A DNA stretch of 56,131 nucleotides from IMG/VR virus record IMGVR_UViG_3300002143_000137; one strand, 5' to 3'. The position numbers were made by a program, and so were the translations under genes. The DNA is from a virus. This document shows positions 45,802-54,202 of this stretch, in pieces. Position 1 is the first letter of the stretch. The number at the start of each line of letters is the position of its first letter. The notes under the pieces were generated by a model. That model saw nothing but the letters and a program-made list of their open reading frames with translations. It made no database searches and had not been told where the DNA came from.

Positions 45802-46752
45802 ATGAACACTCAAGAGCAACAAGTCTACACCCCGGCCACTAACCATCCAGTGGCATCAATCAACAACGACCAAGAATTGCAAAATCTGCTGTTTAATCAT
45901 CAGGCAATGGCGCAGCTTCATGCGCTGGCCACCACGATGGCAAGCAGCAAAATAAGCGTGCCAGCGCACTTTCGCGGCAACGTCGGCGATTGCATGGCGG
46001 TCTGTATGCAAGCCGCTCAGTGGCGAATGAACCCCTACGCCGTGGCGCAAAAAATGTTTATCGCCCAGGGCGGGCAGCTAGCTTATGAGGCGCAACTGGT
46101 GAATGCCGTTGTAACTTCAAATGCGCCAATTAAGTCACGCCTGGACTACGAGTTTTTGGGCAACTGGGAAAAGATCCTTGGCAAAGTCGTTGAGCGCGAA
46201 GGCAAAGGCGGCGGCAAATACTTCGCGGCCGCTTGGAATCAAAACGACGAAGAAGGCCTTGGCGTTCGTGTTTACGCAACACTGAAAGGCGAAGACACGC
46301 CACGCGAACTGCATCTACTACTCAAGCAGTGCTACCCGCGATTTTCGACTCAGTGGGCTACAGATCCACAGCAGCAAATCACTTACTTGGCCGTCAAGAA
46401 ATGGGCGCGCCGCTTTTGCCCGGATGTGATTCTCGGTGTTTACACGCCGGATGAACTGCAAGATTACGCGCCAGCCGAGCGCGACATCACGCCGCGTGCC
46501 GCGAGCATTAGCACTGAGGCTTTTCTTTCTGCAGAGCAAGTAGCCACGATCAAAAGCCAGCTGGCCGACATTGGCTACACCGAGCAAAAGTTAGCTGAGG
46601 TCGCAGGGGGATTTAAGTCGCTACAACAGATTCCCGCGTCCGGCTATACCCGCGTAATCCAGTACATCGACCGCGTAAAAGAAAAGCGCGCAGCGATTCA
46701 GAGCCAAGCCCAAGAAGCTAGCGAAGCGGAGGGTTACGACTATGCGAATTAA
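45802..46752 (+). CDS. recT: RecT/Bet-family single-strand annealing protein
   Basis: WATDPQQQITYLAVKKWARRFCPDVILGVYTPDE parallels the Bet/RecT C-terminal core. Adjacent to an exonuclease gene. Confidence 0.75.
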   Translation: MNTQEQQVYTPATNHPVASINNDQELQNLLFNHQAMAQLHALATTMASSKISVPAHFRGNVGDCMAVCMQAAQWRMNPYAVAQKMFIAQGGQLAYEAQLVNAVVTSNAPIKSRLDYEFLGNWEKILGKVVEREGKGGGKYFAAAWNQNDEEGLGVRVYATLKGEDTPRELHLLLKQCYPRFSTQWATDPQQQITYLAVKKWARRFCPDVILGVYTPDELQDYAPAERDITPRAASISTEAFLSAEQVATIKSQLADIGYTEQKLAEVAGGFKSLQQIPASGYTRVIQYIDRVKEKRAAIQSQAQEASEAEGYDYAN

Positions 46753-47494
46753 GCCCCCAGCAATCGAGTGGTGTACTAACCCCCAGGGCTCCAATGGCTG
46801 GCACGACGACCGCGCAGGCGTCATTAGCGCCAGCAAATTCCACCTGTTCATGGAGAAACTGAAAACCGGCCCTAATGCTGGTGGCTATAAAGCCGAAGCC
46901 GTTAAGTACGCCTATGAGCTGGCTTTAGAGCGCATTATTGGCGGCTGCCTTGACGACACCAAGTACAGGACTGAGCACGCCAGCCGCGGTAACGAGTTGG
47001 AGCCCGAGGCGCGCGCCGCTCACGAAGATATGGCCGGCTGCATTGTTTACGAAGTCGGCTTTATTCGCACCCTGGACCGCAAGTTTGGCGCAAGCCTAGA
47101 TGGCGTTATTCGTCCAGGCGGCACCGCTGAGTACAAGGCGTTTACTGACCCGGTAAAAGTCATGGACGCATTGGTTCGCGGCATGGATGACGAGGTAAAA
47201 GCGCAGGCTCAAGGTGGTTTGTGGTTGTCTGACAGCGATTGGTGCCACTACGGCCTCTATCTCCCTGGGCTTAAAAAAATTGCTCGCGACATCAGCATTA
47301 TTGAGATTGAGCGCGACGAGGAATATATCGAGCGACTAGACCACGAGGCGCGCTTGTTCGACAACCTCGTTGTTGAGTTTATGAACCAAGTTTTAGAGAG
47401 CCGTCAGGCGCCGCTGAAGTACCCGGCCAGGACTGCAGTAAAAAAGCCACAACAACAGCCAGAACCCGAGCTAGAGCTGCATTTTAATTTTTAA
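46742..47494 (+). CDS. YqaJ-type (lambda-Exo-like) recombination exonuclease
   Basis: DRAGVISASKFHLFM...; PD-(D/E)xK-like core. Coupled to recT. Confidence 0.7.
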   Translation: MRIKPPAIEWCTNPQGSNGWHDDRAGVISASKFHLFMEKLKTGPNAGGYKAEAVKYAYELALERIIGGCLDDTKYRTEHASRGNELEPEARAAHEDMAGCIVYEVGFIRTLDRKFGASLDGVIRPGGTAEYKAFTDPVKVMDALVRGMDDEVKAQAQGGLWLSDSDWCHYGLYLPGLKKIARDISIIEIERDEEYIERLDHEARLFDNLVVEFMNQVLESRQAPLKYPARTAVKKPQQQPEPELELHFNF

Positions 47495-47504
47495 GGAGAA
47501 CGCC

Positions 47505-48485
47505 ATGACCGCACTACAAATTATCCATACACCAGGGTTTGTAAGAGCAAACCTTGCCGAGCTTGAGGAGCGCGTAATTGCCCGCCTGGCGAGCTATAAA
47601 GGCTTGGTGTTAACTAATGAGCAAATCCCCGAAAGCAAAAAAGAAGCGGCCAATTTACGTAAGGAGAAAAAAGAATTATCGGTGGCGCGCATAAAACTAA
47701 CCAAAGACAACGATGCCGCTATTGCAGACGTTATTGGTACGCTTAAAAGGCTTGAATCACTTTACGAAGAAGCTGCCGATGATTTAACCGCGCAAGCTAG
47801 AGAGAGCGAAAGCATCCGTAAGACCGAAGCGCGCGACACTCTGCTGGCATCATTGATTGCAGCCTGGGACGCCAGCGATGTTAACCAGGAGCACCGCACC
47901 GCGACTATCAATGACCTAGTGACGCTCACAGCCGTTACTATCAAAGGAAACCCGACCGCCAAAGTCAGTGCAGAAATTAAATGTCGCGCCGCCGCTGACC
48001 GCGCCAATCAAGACCGCACCAAAATGCGTTTACTTGAGCTTGCCAATCAAAGCTACGAGGCCGGGCTGGATGCACCTCTTACGCGCGGCCATGTAGAAAT
48101 GTTCCTTTTTGCTGATGACGAGACTTACCGCAGCGGCATAGAGCGCATTATTACCACCGAAATCGAGCGCCAAAAAGTTACTGAGGCGCGCGTAGAGCAG
48201 CGCCAGCAGCAAGAGGCCGAAGCCGAGCAGCGCCGTCAAGCCATTGCGCCACCGCCTGAAGTAGCGCCCGCGCCTGCGGCTGAAGCAGCACCCGCCGCCA
48301 CACCTGTTGCGCCGCAAGCGAATACCCGCACTGTAACCATTGTTTGCACATTCCAGACAGGCGTGCCAGCCGGAGCCTCAGAAGCACAAGTAGAGAATTC
48401 AATCAAAAAACAACTAGAGGCCAAAGGCTTCACAAGCCTGTCCTCAGTTAAAGCCACTTTCGACCCACAACAAACCGCAGCATAA
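47505..48485 (+). CDS. DUF1351-like protein (326 aa)
   Basis: N-terminal pattern NLAELEERVIARLASYKGLVLTNEQIPESKKEAANLRKEKKEL. Proline/alanine-rich linker. Confidence 0.45.
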   Translation: MTALQIIHTPGFVRANLAELEERVIARLASYKGLVLTNEQIPESKKEAANLRKEKKELSVARIKLTKDNDAAIADVIGTLKRLESLYEEAADDLTAQARESESIRKTEARDTLLASLIAAWDASDVNQEHRTATINDLVTLTAVTIKGNPTAKVSAEIKCRAAADRANQDRTKMRLLELANQSYEAGLDAPLTRGHVEMFLFADDETYRSGIERIITTEIERQKVTEARVEQRQQQEAEAEQRRQAIAPPPEVAPAPAAEAAPAATPVAPQANTRTVTIVCTFQTGVPAGASEAQVENSIKKQLEAKGFTSLSSVKATFDPQQTAA

Positions 48486-48494
48486 GGAAATAAC

Positions 48495-49076
48495 ATGAGC
48501 CCAATACTGTTTTTCGACACCGAAACCACTGGCATACCTGCTTGGAAAGACCCTAGCGATTCCGAGCACCAGCCACACATCGTCCAGCTCGCCGCCATCG
48601 TGTGTGATGAAGACACCGGCAAGGTGCTTAGTATCATGGACGTGATTGTGCGGCCTACTGACGACTGGGAGATACCCGCAGAAACCACAGCGATTCATGG
48701 GATTACCCCGGAGATTGCTGAGACGTATGGCGTGCCGGAGCATCTTGCCCTGGATATGTTTTTAAACCTATGGCGCGGAAGCGTGTGTGTCGCGCACAAC
48801 TCCCCGTTTGACCAGCGCATCATTCGTATTGCAATGAGCCGGTTCAATAAAAACGAGGCAATGAAAGCCGCATGGAAATCGAGCGACGGCCACTTATGCA
48901 CAATGAGCCAAGCGCGGCGAATCATGGGCGGCAGCAAGCCGCCGAAGCTTAGCGAAGCCTACGAGCACTTTACTGGCAAGGTGCTTGAAGGCGCGCACTC
49001 AGCAATAGCAGACGCCAGAGCTTGCATGGAAATTTACTTTGAAATGAAAGGAAAAGGAGCAGCAATAGCATGTTGA
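48495..49076 (+). CDS. DnaQ-like 3'-5' exonuclease
   Basis: [10 protein letters not shown] (ExoI), [10 protein letters not shown] (ExoII), HSAIADARA (ExoIII). Confidence 0.85.
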   Translation: MSPILFFDTETTGIPAWKDPSDSEHQPHIVQLAAIVCDEDTGKVLSIMDVIVRPTDDWEIPAETTAIHGITPEIAETYGVPEHLALDMFLNLWRGSVCVAHNSPFDQRIIRIAMSRFNKNEAMKAAWKSSDGHLCTMSQARRIMGGSKPPKLSEAYEHFTGKVLEGAHSAIADARACMEIYFEMKGKGAAIAC

Positions 49077-49252
49077 TACTGACGCGCCGTATTGGCGAAA
49101 CCATGATGATCGGTGATGACGTAACCGTCACCGTTCTGGGCGTTAAAGGTAACCAGGTTCGCCTTGGCGTGACTGCGCCAAAGGAAGTGAGCGTGCATCG
49201 CGAAGAGATTTACGAGCGCATTCAAAACGAGAAAGAGGCACAGCCAGCATGA
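49070..49252 (+). CDS. csrA: Carbon storage regulator CsrA/RsmA homologue (60 aa)
   Basis: [55 protein letters not shown]. Confidence 0.95.
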   Translation: MLILTRRIGETMMIGDDVTVTVLGVKGNQVRLGVTAPKEVSVHREEIYERIQNEKEAQPA

Positions 49253-49611
49253 CCACTGATTCAAATGAATTTCTAACAGACCTGGACGGCGGCAATTTTG
49301 ACGCCGACCTAATGCGGGCCTTGGGAGTCACCGCGCTATCTGCCATTGAGCAAGAGCGCGTCTCCAAAATCTCCATCCAATTCAAGCTAACCCCTATTGG
49401 CGGCGGCCATCAGGTAATGGTTGATCACACCATTTCCTATGAGCGCCCTACCAATAAGGGTGAGATGAAGGAAAAGCAGTCGGGCAGAACACCGATGTAT
49501 GTCGGAACGCACGGCCGCTTAACATTCTTCCCTGAGAATCAGGGGACTATGTTCGATAAGCAAGGCGGTATTACCACCAACACATTCCCAACCAAATCTA
49601 AGGAGCAATAA
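49249..49611 (+). CDS. Hypothetical protein (120 aa)
   Basis: ORF coupled (ATGA) to the csrA stop. Confidence 0.55.
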   Translation: MTTDSNEFLTDLDGGNFDADLMRALGVTALSAIEQERVSKISIQFKLTPIGGGHQVMVDHTISYERPTNKGEMKEKQSGRTPMYVGTHGRLTFFPENQGTMFDKQGGITTNTFPTKSKEQ

Positions 49612-49616
49612 GCATT

Positions 49617-50456
49617 ATGATCGACCAATCAGCTATCCAAGAGCTTCAACAGAACCCTACCACCATTGAAGCAAACAAAATACTTGCCGGTCTAGGCTTG
49701 CAAGTGCCGTCCATCGCACTGCCGAAAGACTTTAATATTACAAATCTTGAGGGGCGCCTACCGGCGCCAGTGCGCAAGCGCGGAACAATGAGCACCAACA
49801 GTATCGCGAGTTTCGTTAGCTACGTTAGTAGTGAAAGCACCGACCATAGCGTCTGCTTTGTTCTTTCCGACAAGATGACTGCTACCGCAATTCTGAATCA
49901 CGGCAACGCAGAAAAACCACAGCACGGCGATTACCGGGCGAAAGCGACTCTGGAAAAGCTACCGGATTACGAGGCCATGCTGCGCATAGATGGTGTCAAG
50001 CTATCGCAACAGTCAATCGCTGAATGGCTTGAAGAGTATCGCCACTGCATTACCTTCCTTGACAGCCAGGGCAGCACCATTCCGGCGGTAAAAGCCATTT
50101 CCGCCGTTAGAAATGTGAAAACCAAAAAAGAGAGCGTCGTCGATAACAAGGTCGACACCTTTCATGCTTCGCGTGGCGCTTTTGAAAGCGCCGAGATTAA
50201 GGGCGACGGCCTGCCAAGCTTTATTCGGTTTACATGCCAGCCTTATGACCCGCTTAGCGAGCGCGAGTTTGATTTTCGGTTATGGGCAACCACTGACACT
50301 AATCCCGTCTTTGGGCTGAAGTCGATGAACCTTGCCAAAACCCAACTGTATATCGCGGAAGAGTTTGCAGAGCTAATCGTGAACGAGCTTCGCGACGAAG
50401 CTGTGCCGGTTTATATCGGTAGCTTTGGTAATGGCAGCCGCTACGAAGACGCTTAA
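49617..50456 (+). CDS. DUF2303 (YfdQ-like) protein
   Basis: ALPKDFNITNLEGRLPAPVRKRGTMSTNSIASFVSY...HGDYRAKATL...QQSIAEWLEEY. Confidence 0.55.
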   Translation: MIDQSAIQELQQNPTTIEANKILAGLGLQVPSIALPKDFNITNLEGRLPAPVRKRGTMSTNSIASFVSYVSSESTDHSVCFVLSDKMTATAILNHGNAEKPQHGDYRAKATLEKLPDYEAMLRIDGVKLSQQSIAEWLEEYRHCITFLDSQGSTIPAVKAISAVRNVKTKKESVVDNKVDTFHASRGAFESAEIKGDGLPSFIRFTCQPYDPLSEREFDFRLWATTDTNPVFGLKSMNLAKTQLYIAEEFAELIVNELRDEAVPVYIGSFGNGSRYEDA

Positions 50457-50520
50457 AAACTGCATGGCGGCGGCGTTAACGCGCCGCCACTACTAAACGA
50501 TAAAGAATTAAGGAGCCGTC

Positions 50521-51108
50521 ATGGCCAGAGGCATAAACAAAGTAATCATCGTGGGCAACTTGGGCCAAGACCCTGAGACGGCATACATGCCAAGCGGCGG
50601 CGCGGTAACAAAAATATCTGTCGCCACCAGTGAGCAATGGAAAGACAAAAATACTGGCCAGCCCGTCGAAAAAACCGAGTGGCACCGCATTATATTTTTT
50701 AACCGCCTAGCGGAAGTCGCGGGCGAGTACCTGAAGAAAGGCAGCAAGGTCTATGTTGAGGGCTCGCTGCGCACCCGCAAGTGGACCGACCAAGCCGGCG
50801 TGGAGCGCTTCACGACCGAGATAGTGGCTAGTGAAATGCAAATGCTGGACGGTCGCAGCGACAACCGTCAAACGGGAAACGGCCATTCCCCTGCGCAGAA
50901 TGCTCCTGCCCAGGGCCAGCCGAGGACCACTGCCCCATCACAGGGTCATGGTTCTGCCCCGACGACGAATAACCAACGCGGCGCACCCGGCGCACCGCAG
51001 CATGGCTACCAAAACCAGCAAGAGCCGGCGCCTCAGTACGGTGGCGGCTGGGATGCTATGGACGATGATATTCCGTTCGCCGAGATCGGCCCAGAGGGCA
51101 TGTTTTGA
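50521..51108 (+). CDS. ssb: Single-stranded DNA-binding protein
   Basis: [19 protein letters not shown]...[11 protein letters not shown] fold, Gly/Gln/Pro tail, and a DDDIPF acidic tip. Confidence 0.95.
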   Translation: MARGINKVIIVGNLGQDPETAYMPSGGAVTKISVATSEQWKDKNTGQPVEKTEWHRIIFFNRLAEVAGEYLKKGSKVYVEGSLRTRKWTDQAGVERFTTEIVASEMQMLDGRSDNRQTGNGHSPAQNAPAQGQPRTTAPSQGHGSAPTTNNQRGAPGAPQHGYQNQQEPAPQYGGGWDAMDDDIPFAEIGPEGMF

Positions 51109-51287
51109 TGAACCGAATAACCGCCCTAGTTACGTCAATGTTCGCGTTTGCGGGCGTTGACTTACCCAAGCGGCGCAGCCTACCAAAAAAGCTGTGCCTC
51201 GAGTGCAATAAACCGCACCCCCATAGCAACGCATGGTGTAGCGCTCAATGCTGCAAAGACTACCGCGACGCGAGAAAAGCAAAATGA
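51108..51287 (+). CDS. Small Cys-rich protein (59 aa)
   Basis: CLECNKPHPHSNAWCSAQCC. Confidence 0.45.
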   Translation: MNRITALVTSMFAFAGVDLPKRRSLPKKLCLECNKPHPHSNAWCSAQCCKDYRDARKAK

Positions 51288-51424
51288 GCGACCAACCTAA
51301 GCGCGAAGACTTTGAAAGCGAAGAGGCTTACGACGATGCGGTGGATGAATATCTTGAAGAGCAAGCGTTAAGTAATCCGAAGTTTGGCGGGGCATTTGCT
51401 GAGATTCTTGGAGGTGCGAAGTGA
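51284..51424 (+). CDS. Small acidic ORF (46 aa, below the track cutoff)
   Basis: ATGA coupling to the previous stop. Sequence MSDQPKREDFESEEAYDDAVDEYLEEQ... Confidence 0.35.
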   Translation: MSDQPKREDFESEEAYDDAVDEYLEEQALSNPKFGGAFAEILGGAK

Positions 51425-51473
51425 ACTACTGCAACTCATTACATTACCGAGCCAGGCGCGTATAGGAGGCATA

Positions 51474-51674
51474 ATGTTTCTCTCGCCAGAAGAAATACAC
51501 CAACTTACCGGATACGAACCAAATCAACGTGTGCGAATCGCTCGATGGCTAACAGTAAACGGCTATCCCTATACTACTAATCGCCTTGGCGACCCAGTAG
51601 TAAGGCGCTCTGACGTTGAAAGCAGCATTATTCCATCAACAGAACCCAATTTAGAATGGCTTAAATCAGCATGA
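51474..51674 (+). CDS. DUF4224-type excisionase-like protein (66 aa)
   Basis: TAGGAGG SD. MFLSPEEIHQLTGYEPNQRVRIARWLTVNGYPY. Overlaps the int start. Confidence 0.65.
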   Translation: MFLSPEEIHQLTGYEPNQRVRIARWLTVNGYPYTTNRLGDPVVRRSDVESSIIPSTEPNLEWLKSA

Positions 51675-52654
51675 GTCCTAAGCGATCAAGAACAAATAAA
51701 GGCCCAGAGCGCACCACCTTTAAAAACGGAGCCTGGTATTACCTTAAGCCGATTATAAAAGCGGGTAAAAACACCACCCAATGGATCCGGCTTGGCAAAA
51801 CCGAAAAGGAGATGTACCAACAACTTGCTGAACTGAAGTCAGAAGGTGCTGGCTTAATGGCCGCTATTATTGAGCGATACCGCAAGGAAATCATCGTTAA
51901 GAAAGCAGTCAACACCCAGAACGCACAGGGCAAGCAGCTAGACCGTCTTAAGAGAGCCTTTGGCCATATGCGCCCTAGCGACTTAAGACCTTCTCACATC
52001 GCAAAATATCACGATTTAGTGGGCGATAAAGCTCCATTCCAAGCGAACCGCGAATTGGCTCTGATGACGCACGTCTGCAAATACGCGGTCCGCTGGGGCC
52101 ATATCGACGACAACCCATGCCGCGAAGTTCAACGGTTCCCCGAGCAAGCCCGAGAACGCTACATAAGCGATGCCGAATACACCGCCGCCCGTGATATTGC
52201 GCCACTGTGGGTACAAATCATCATGGACCTAGCATACGTGACCGGCCAACGTAGAATCGACCTACTAAGCCTCACACGCAACCAAATCACCGACCAAGGC
52301 ATACTCATAAAACAGAGCAAGACCGGCGCCAACCTACTCATAGAATGGACGCCAGACCTTGAAAGCATCATCACCAGGGCACAAACCGAACTATTACCGG
52401 CCGGTACGGCATCTATCTACATTATCTGCGACAGTAGCGGTCAAAAAAGAAGAGACGCCGCATTCACAACCGCATGGACACGCTTAATGAACAAAGCCAT
52501 CAAGGCCGACGTAATTACGGAAAAATTCCAATTCAGGGATATTCGAGCCAAGGCAGGATCAGACAGTAGCGGTGAACAGCTGGGGCATAAATCAGCGACA
52601 ATACTCAATAAGCACTATAAGCGCCTACCAAAAAGAGTTAAGCCGACTCAATAA
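51671..52654 (+). CDS. int: Tyrosine integrase
   Basis: GQRRIDLLSL (Arg box) and LGHKSATILNKHYKR (H-x-x-R...Y region). Confidence 0.9.
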   Translation: MSPKRSRTNKGPERTTFKNGAWYYLKPIIKAGKNTTQWIRLGKTEKEMYQQLAELKSEGAGLMAAIIERYRKEIIVKKAVNTQNAQGKQLDRLKRAFGHMRPSDLRPSHIAKYHDLVGDKAPFQANRELALMTHVCKYAVRWGHIDDNPCREVQRFPEQARERYISDAEYTAARDIAPLWVQIIMDLAYVTGQRRIDLLSLTRNQITDQGILIKQSKTGANLLIEWTPDLESIITRAQTELLPAGTASIYIICDSSGQKRRDAAFTTAWTRLMNKAIKADVITEKFQFRDIRAKAGSDSSGEQLGHKSATILNKHYKRLPKRVKPTQ

Positions 52655-52874
52655 GCTAAAAGAAAGACAGCCACACCATAAGTTTCTCTCGCGAAACACA
52701 TGTCACAGCCCTCGCGCAGCCCTTTTGCTATTTCTATTTCGTAAGCTATTGATATAACAGCATAGGTTTCAGGAAATTACAGGAGGGATACTCAAAATCA
52801 CAATTTAAATTCTCCAACTCCATTTTAATAATTTCGCGTTTCCCTCGCCTAAACCTTTTTTTGTAATCATTTGC

Positions 52875-52911
52875 TTGCCGGAAGGAAAATATACTGTTAA
52901 AGTGTACAGTA
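52875..52911 (+). promoter_or_regulatory. LexA (SOS) box overlapping a sigma70-like promoter
   Basis: TACTGTTAAAGTGTACAGTA at 52892-52911 (CTGT-N8-ACAG). TTGCCG at 52875, 17 nt, TAAAGT at 52898. Confidence 0.7.
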
Positions 52912-53016
52912 ATTAAAAAGGCTGCAACTCGTGGGGAGTGGCAGCCTTCGTTAGAACCCAGCTATTAAGCCTTTTTCATTGTTAATAAGGCACTGGCATC
53001 GTTTTTGGTAAGCGAA

Positions 53017-53595
53017 ATGATAGAGAAACATATTGAATTAGTCAAGAATCAGATCAGTTTTCACGAATATCGTGCAGGCTCCTCCAAAAGCGAGCATGCG
53101 CGCAAGAAGCAAGAAACACTCGTAGCTGGATTCACCGACCTCTTAAAAGACCTCGTTGAACTAAACGGTCATCCGGTCGCAAACGGGTGCAGCAGCATAC
53201 CCGACTTTCTCAAAGCAGTATTAACCGCAGCAGACCCACGCAAACCAACTTCTGACCCAGTACAACTATTAGGCGACCTCTCGCCTAACGATTTAGAGGG
53301 CCTCCCAGACGACGTCCTCGCCAAACTAGGCCTACGCCCCTCAGACAAGCAAGATTTCCTTATTGTCGACATCATCAAAGAGCTTGGTGGCGCGGCTATC
53401 ATTACTAAAATCCTCATTAGAATATATCAGCGCACTGGTGAAGCACCAGAGCGAAATACGCTCGGCGCTAAGCTATACCGAATGACTGCCAAAGGCCTAA
53501 TCAAAAGCTCAAATTTAGGAAAAGGTTGGTACTGCCTGCCTGAGCACGAAAGCGCCAGCGACAAAAATGATGATGAGGACTCAAGCGAGGACTAA
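53017..53595 (+). CDS. SOS-box-controlled protein with a C-terminal wHTH-like domain (192 aa; antirepressor candidate)
   Basis: First ORF downstream of the LexA box. DFLIVDIIKELGGAAIITKILIRIYQRTGEAPERNTLGAKLYRMTAKGLI. Acidic tail. Confidence 0.6.
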   Translation: MIEKHIELVKNQISFHEYRAGSSKSEHARKKQETLVAGFTDLLKDLVELNGHPVANGCSSIPDFLKAVLTAADPRKPTSDPVQLLGDLSPNDLEGLPDDVLAKLGLRPSDKQDFLIVDIIKELGGAAIITKILIRIYQRTGEAPERNTLGAKLYRMTAKGLIKSSNLGKGWYCLPEHESASDKNDDEDSSED

Positions 53596-53813
53596 ATGAG
53601 AAGAAATTAAGGCTGGCTCAGGCGGCCGAGAAGTAACGGAGGAATGGTTTAGTTGGACGCTGCACCCTCCCCCGCTAATCCTGAGTTCATGCTGTGGTGT
53701 CGAGGCTAGCCACGGCAGCCGTCAGCAATAAACGATCAACATCGAAATTATTGCACATATTGATGGTTTTCGCCAATTCGGTCTCTAACACTTTTAGAAT
53801 TGAGGTGTTAGGA

Positions 53814-53924
53814 ATGAAGCATTGTACTTATCCTATGCCGGTATTCGTGCATGCATATACTCGCCGCCGCCTAGGCCGCTGGGAAAATGTATCCGCACAT
53901 TGCCGTAGTAATCCCCGCACATAA
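53814..53924 (+). CDS. Small basic ORF (36 aa, below the track cutoff)
   Basis: GAGGTG SD. MKHCTYPMPVFVHAYTRRRLGRWENVSAHCRSNPRT. An intrinsic terminator follows immediately. Confidence 0.4.
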   Translation: MKHCTYPMPVFVHAYTRRRLGRWENVSAHCRSNPRT

Positions 53925-53932
53925 GTGCGCTC

Positions 53933-53958
53933 AAGGGGCGATCTTCGCCCCCTTTTTT
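53933..53958 (+). terminator. Rho-independent terminator
   Basis: GGGGCG-ATCTT-CGCCCC followed by CTTTTTT. Confidence 0.75.
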
Positions 53959-54073
53959 ATGCCGGAAACTGTCTAATAGTGCAACTAAGCCCCAATAGAA
54001 TCAATCACTTATAAACCGACCCCATTAGACAAAAACACCGCAAGCAATTGATTTTTATACAATGTCGCAGAAA

Positions 54074-54118
54074 CTGTTAATCATTGGGTCGCTGGTTCGA
54101 GCCCAGCAGGCGGAGCCA
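54074..54118 (+). other. attP core: 3' half of a tRNA-Asn(GTT), from the anticodon loop to CCA; not a complete tRNA
   Basis: CTGTTAA loop, TCATT, GGGTC variable loop, GCTGG-TTCGAGC-CCAGC T-arm, AGGCGGA acceptor strand, G, CCA. There is no matching 5' acceptor, D-arm or anticodon stem upstream. Confidence 0.75.
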
Positions 54119-54127
54119 AACAAATCA

Positions 54128-54160
54128 AAGGGTTGCATCGAAAGATGTAACCCTTTTTTA
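54128..54160 (+). terminator. Hairpin terminator directly after the tRNA fragment
   Basis: AAGGGTTGCATC-GAAA-GATGTAACCCTT followed by TTTT. Confidence 0.75.
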
Positions 54161-54202
54161 TTGGTTGTCTAATAGGTGTCTAATAAAAAATGTAGGCATA
54201 AC

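Noticed and set aside
45714-45842. 42-aa ORF with a signal-like N-terminus (MKALLILILALLAHSCAV), a possible lipoprotein.
   Set aside because: LAHSC is not a canonical lipobox, the ORF overlaps the recT start, and there is no clear SD. It cannot be supported.
48236-48688. 150-aa minus-strand ORF across the DUF1351-like / DnaQ-like gene boundary.
   Set aside because: It is antisense to two well-supported coupled plus-strand genes (the ExoI-III motifs are in frame) and has no independent signals.
54074-54118. Possible tRNA-Asn gene.
   Set aside because: Only the anticodon loop through CCA is present. The upstream sequence cannot form the 5' acceptor strand, D-arm or anticodon stem. I treat it as the attP core.
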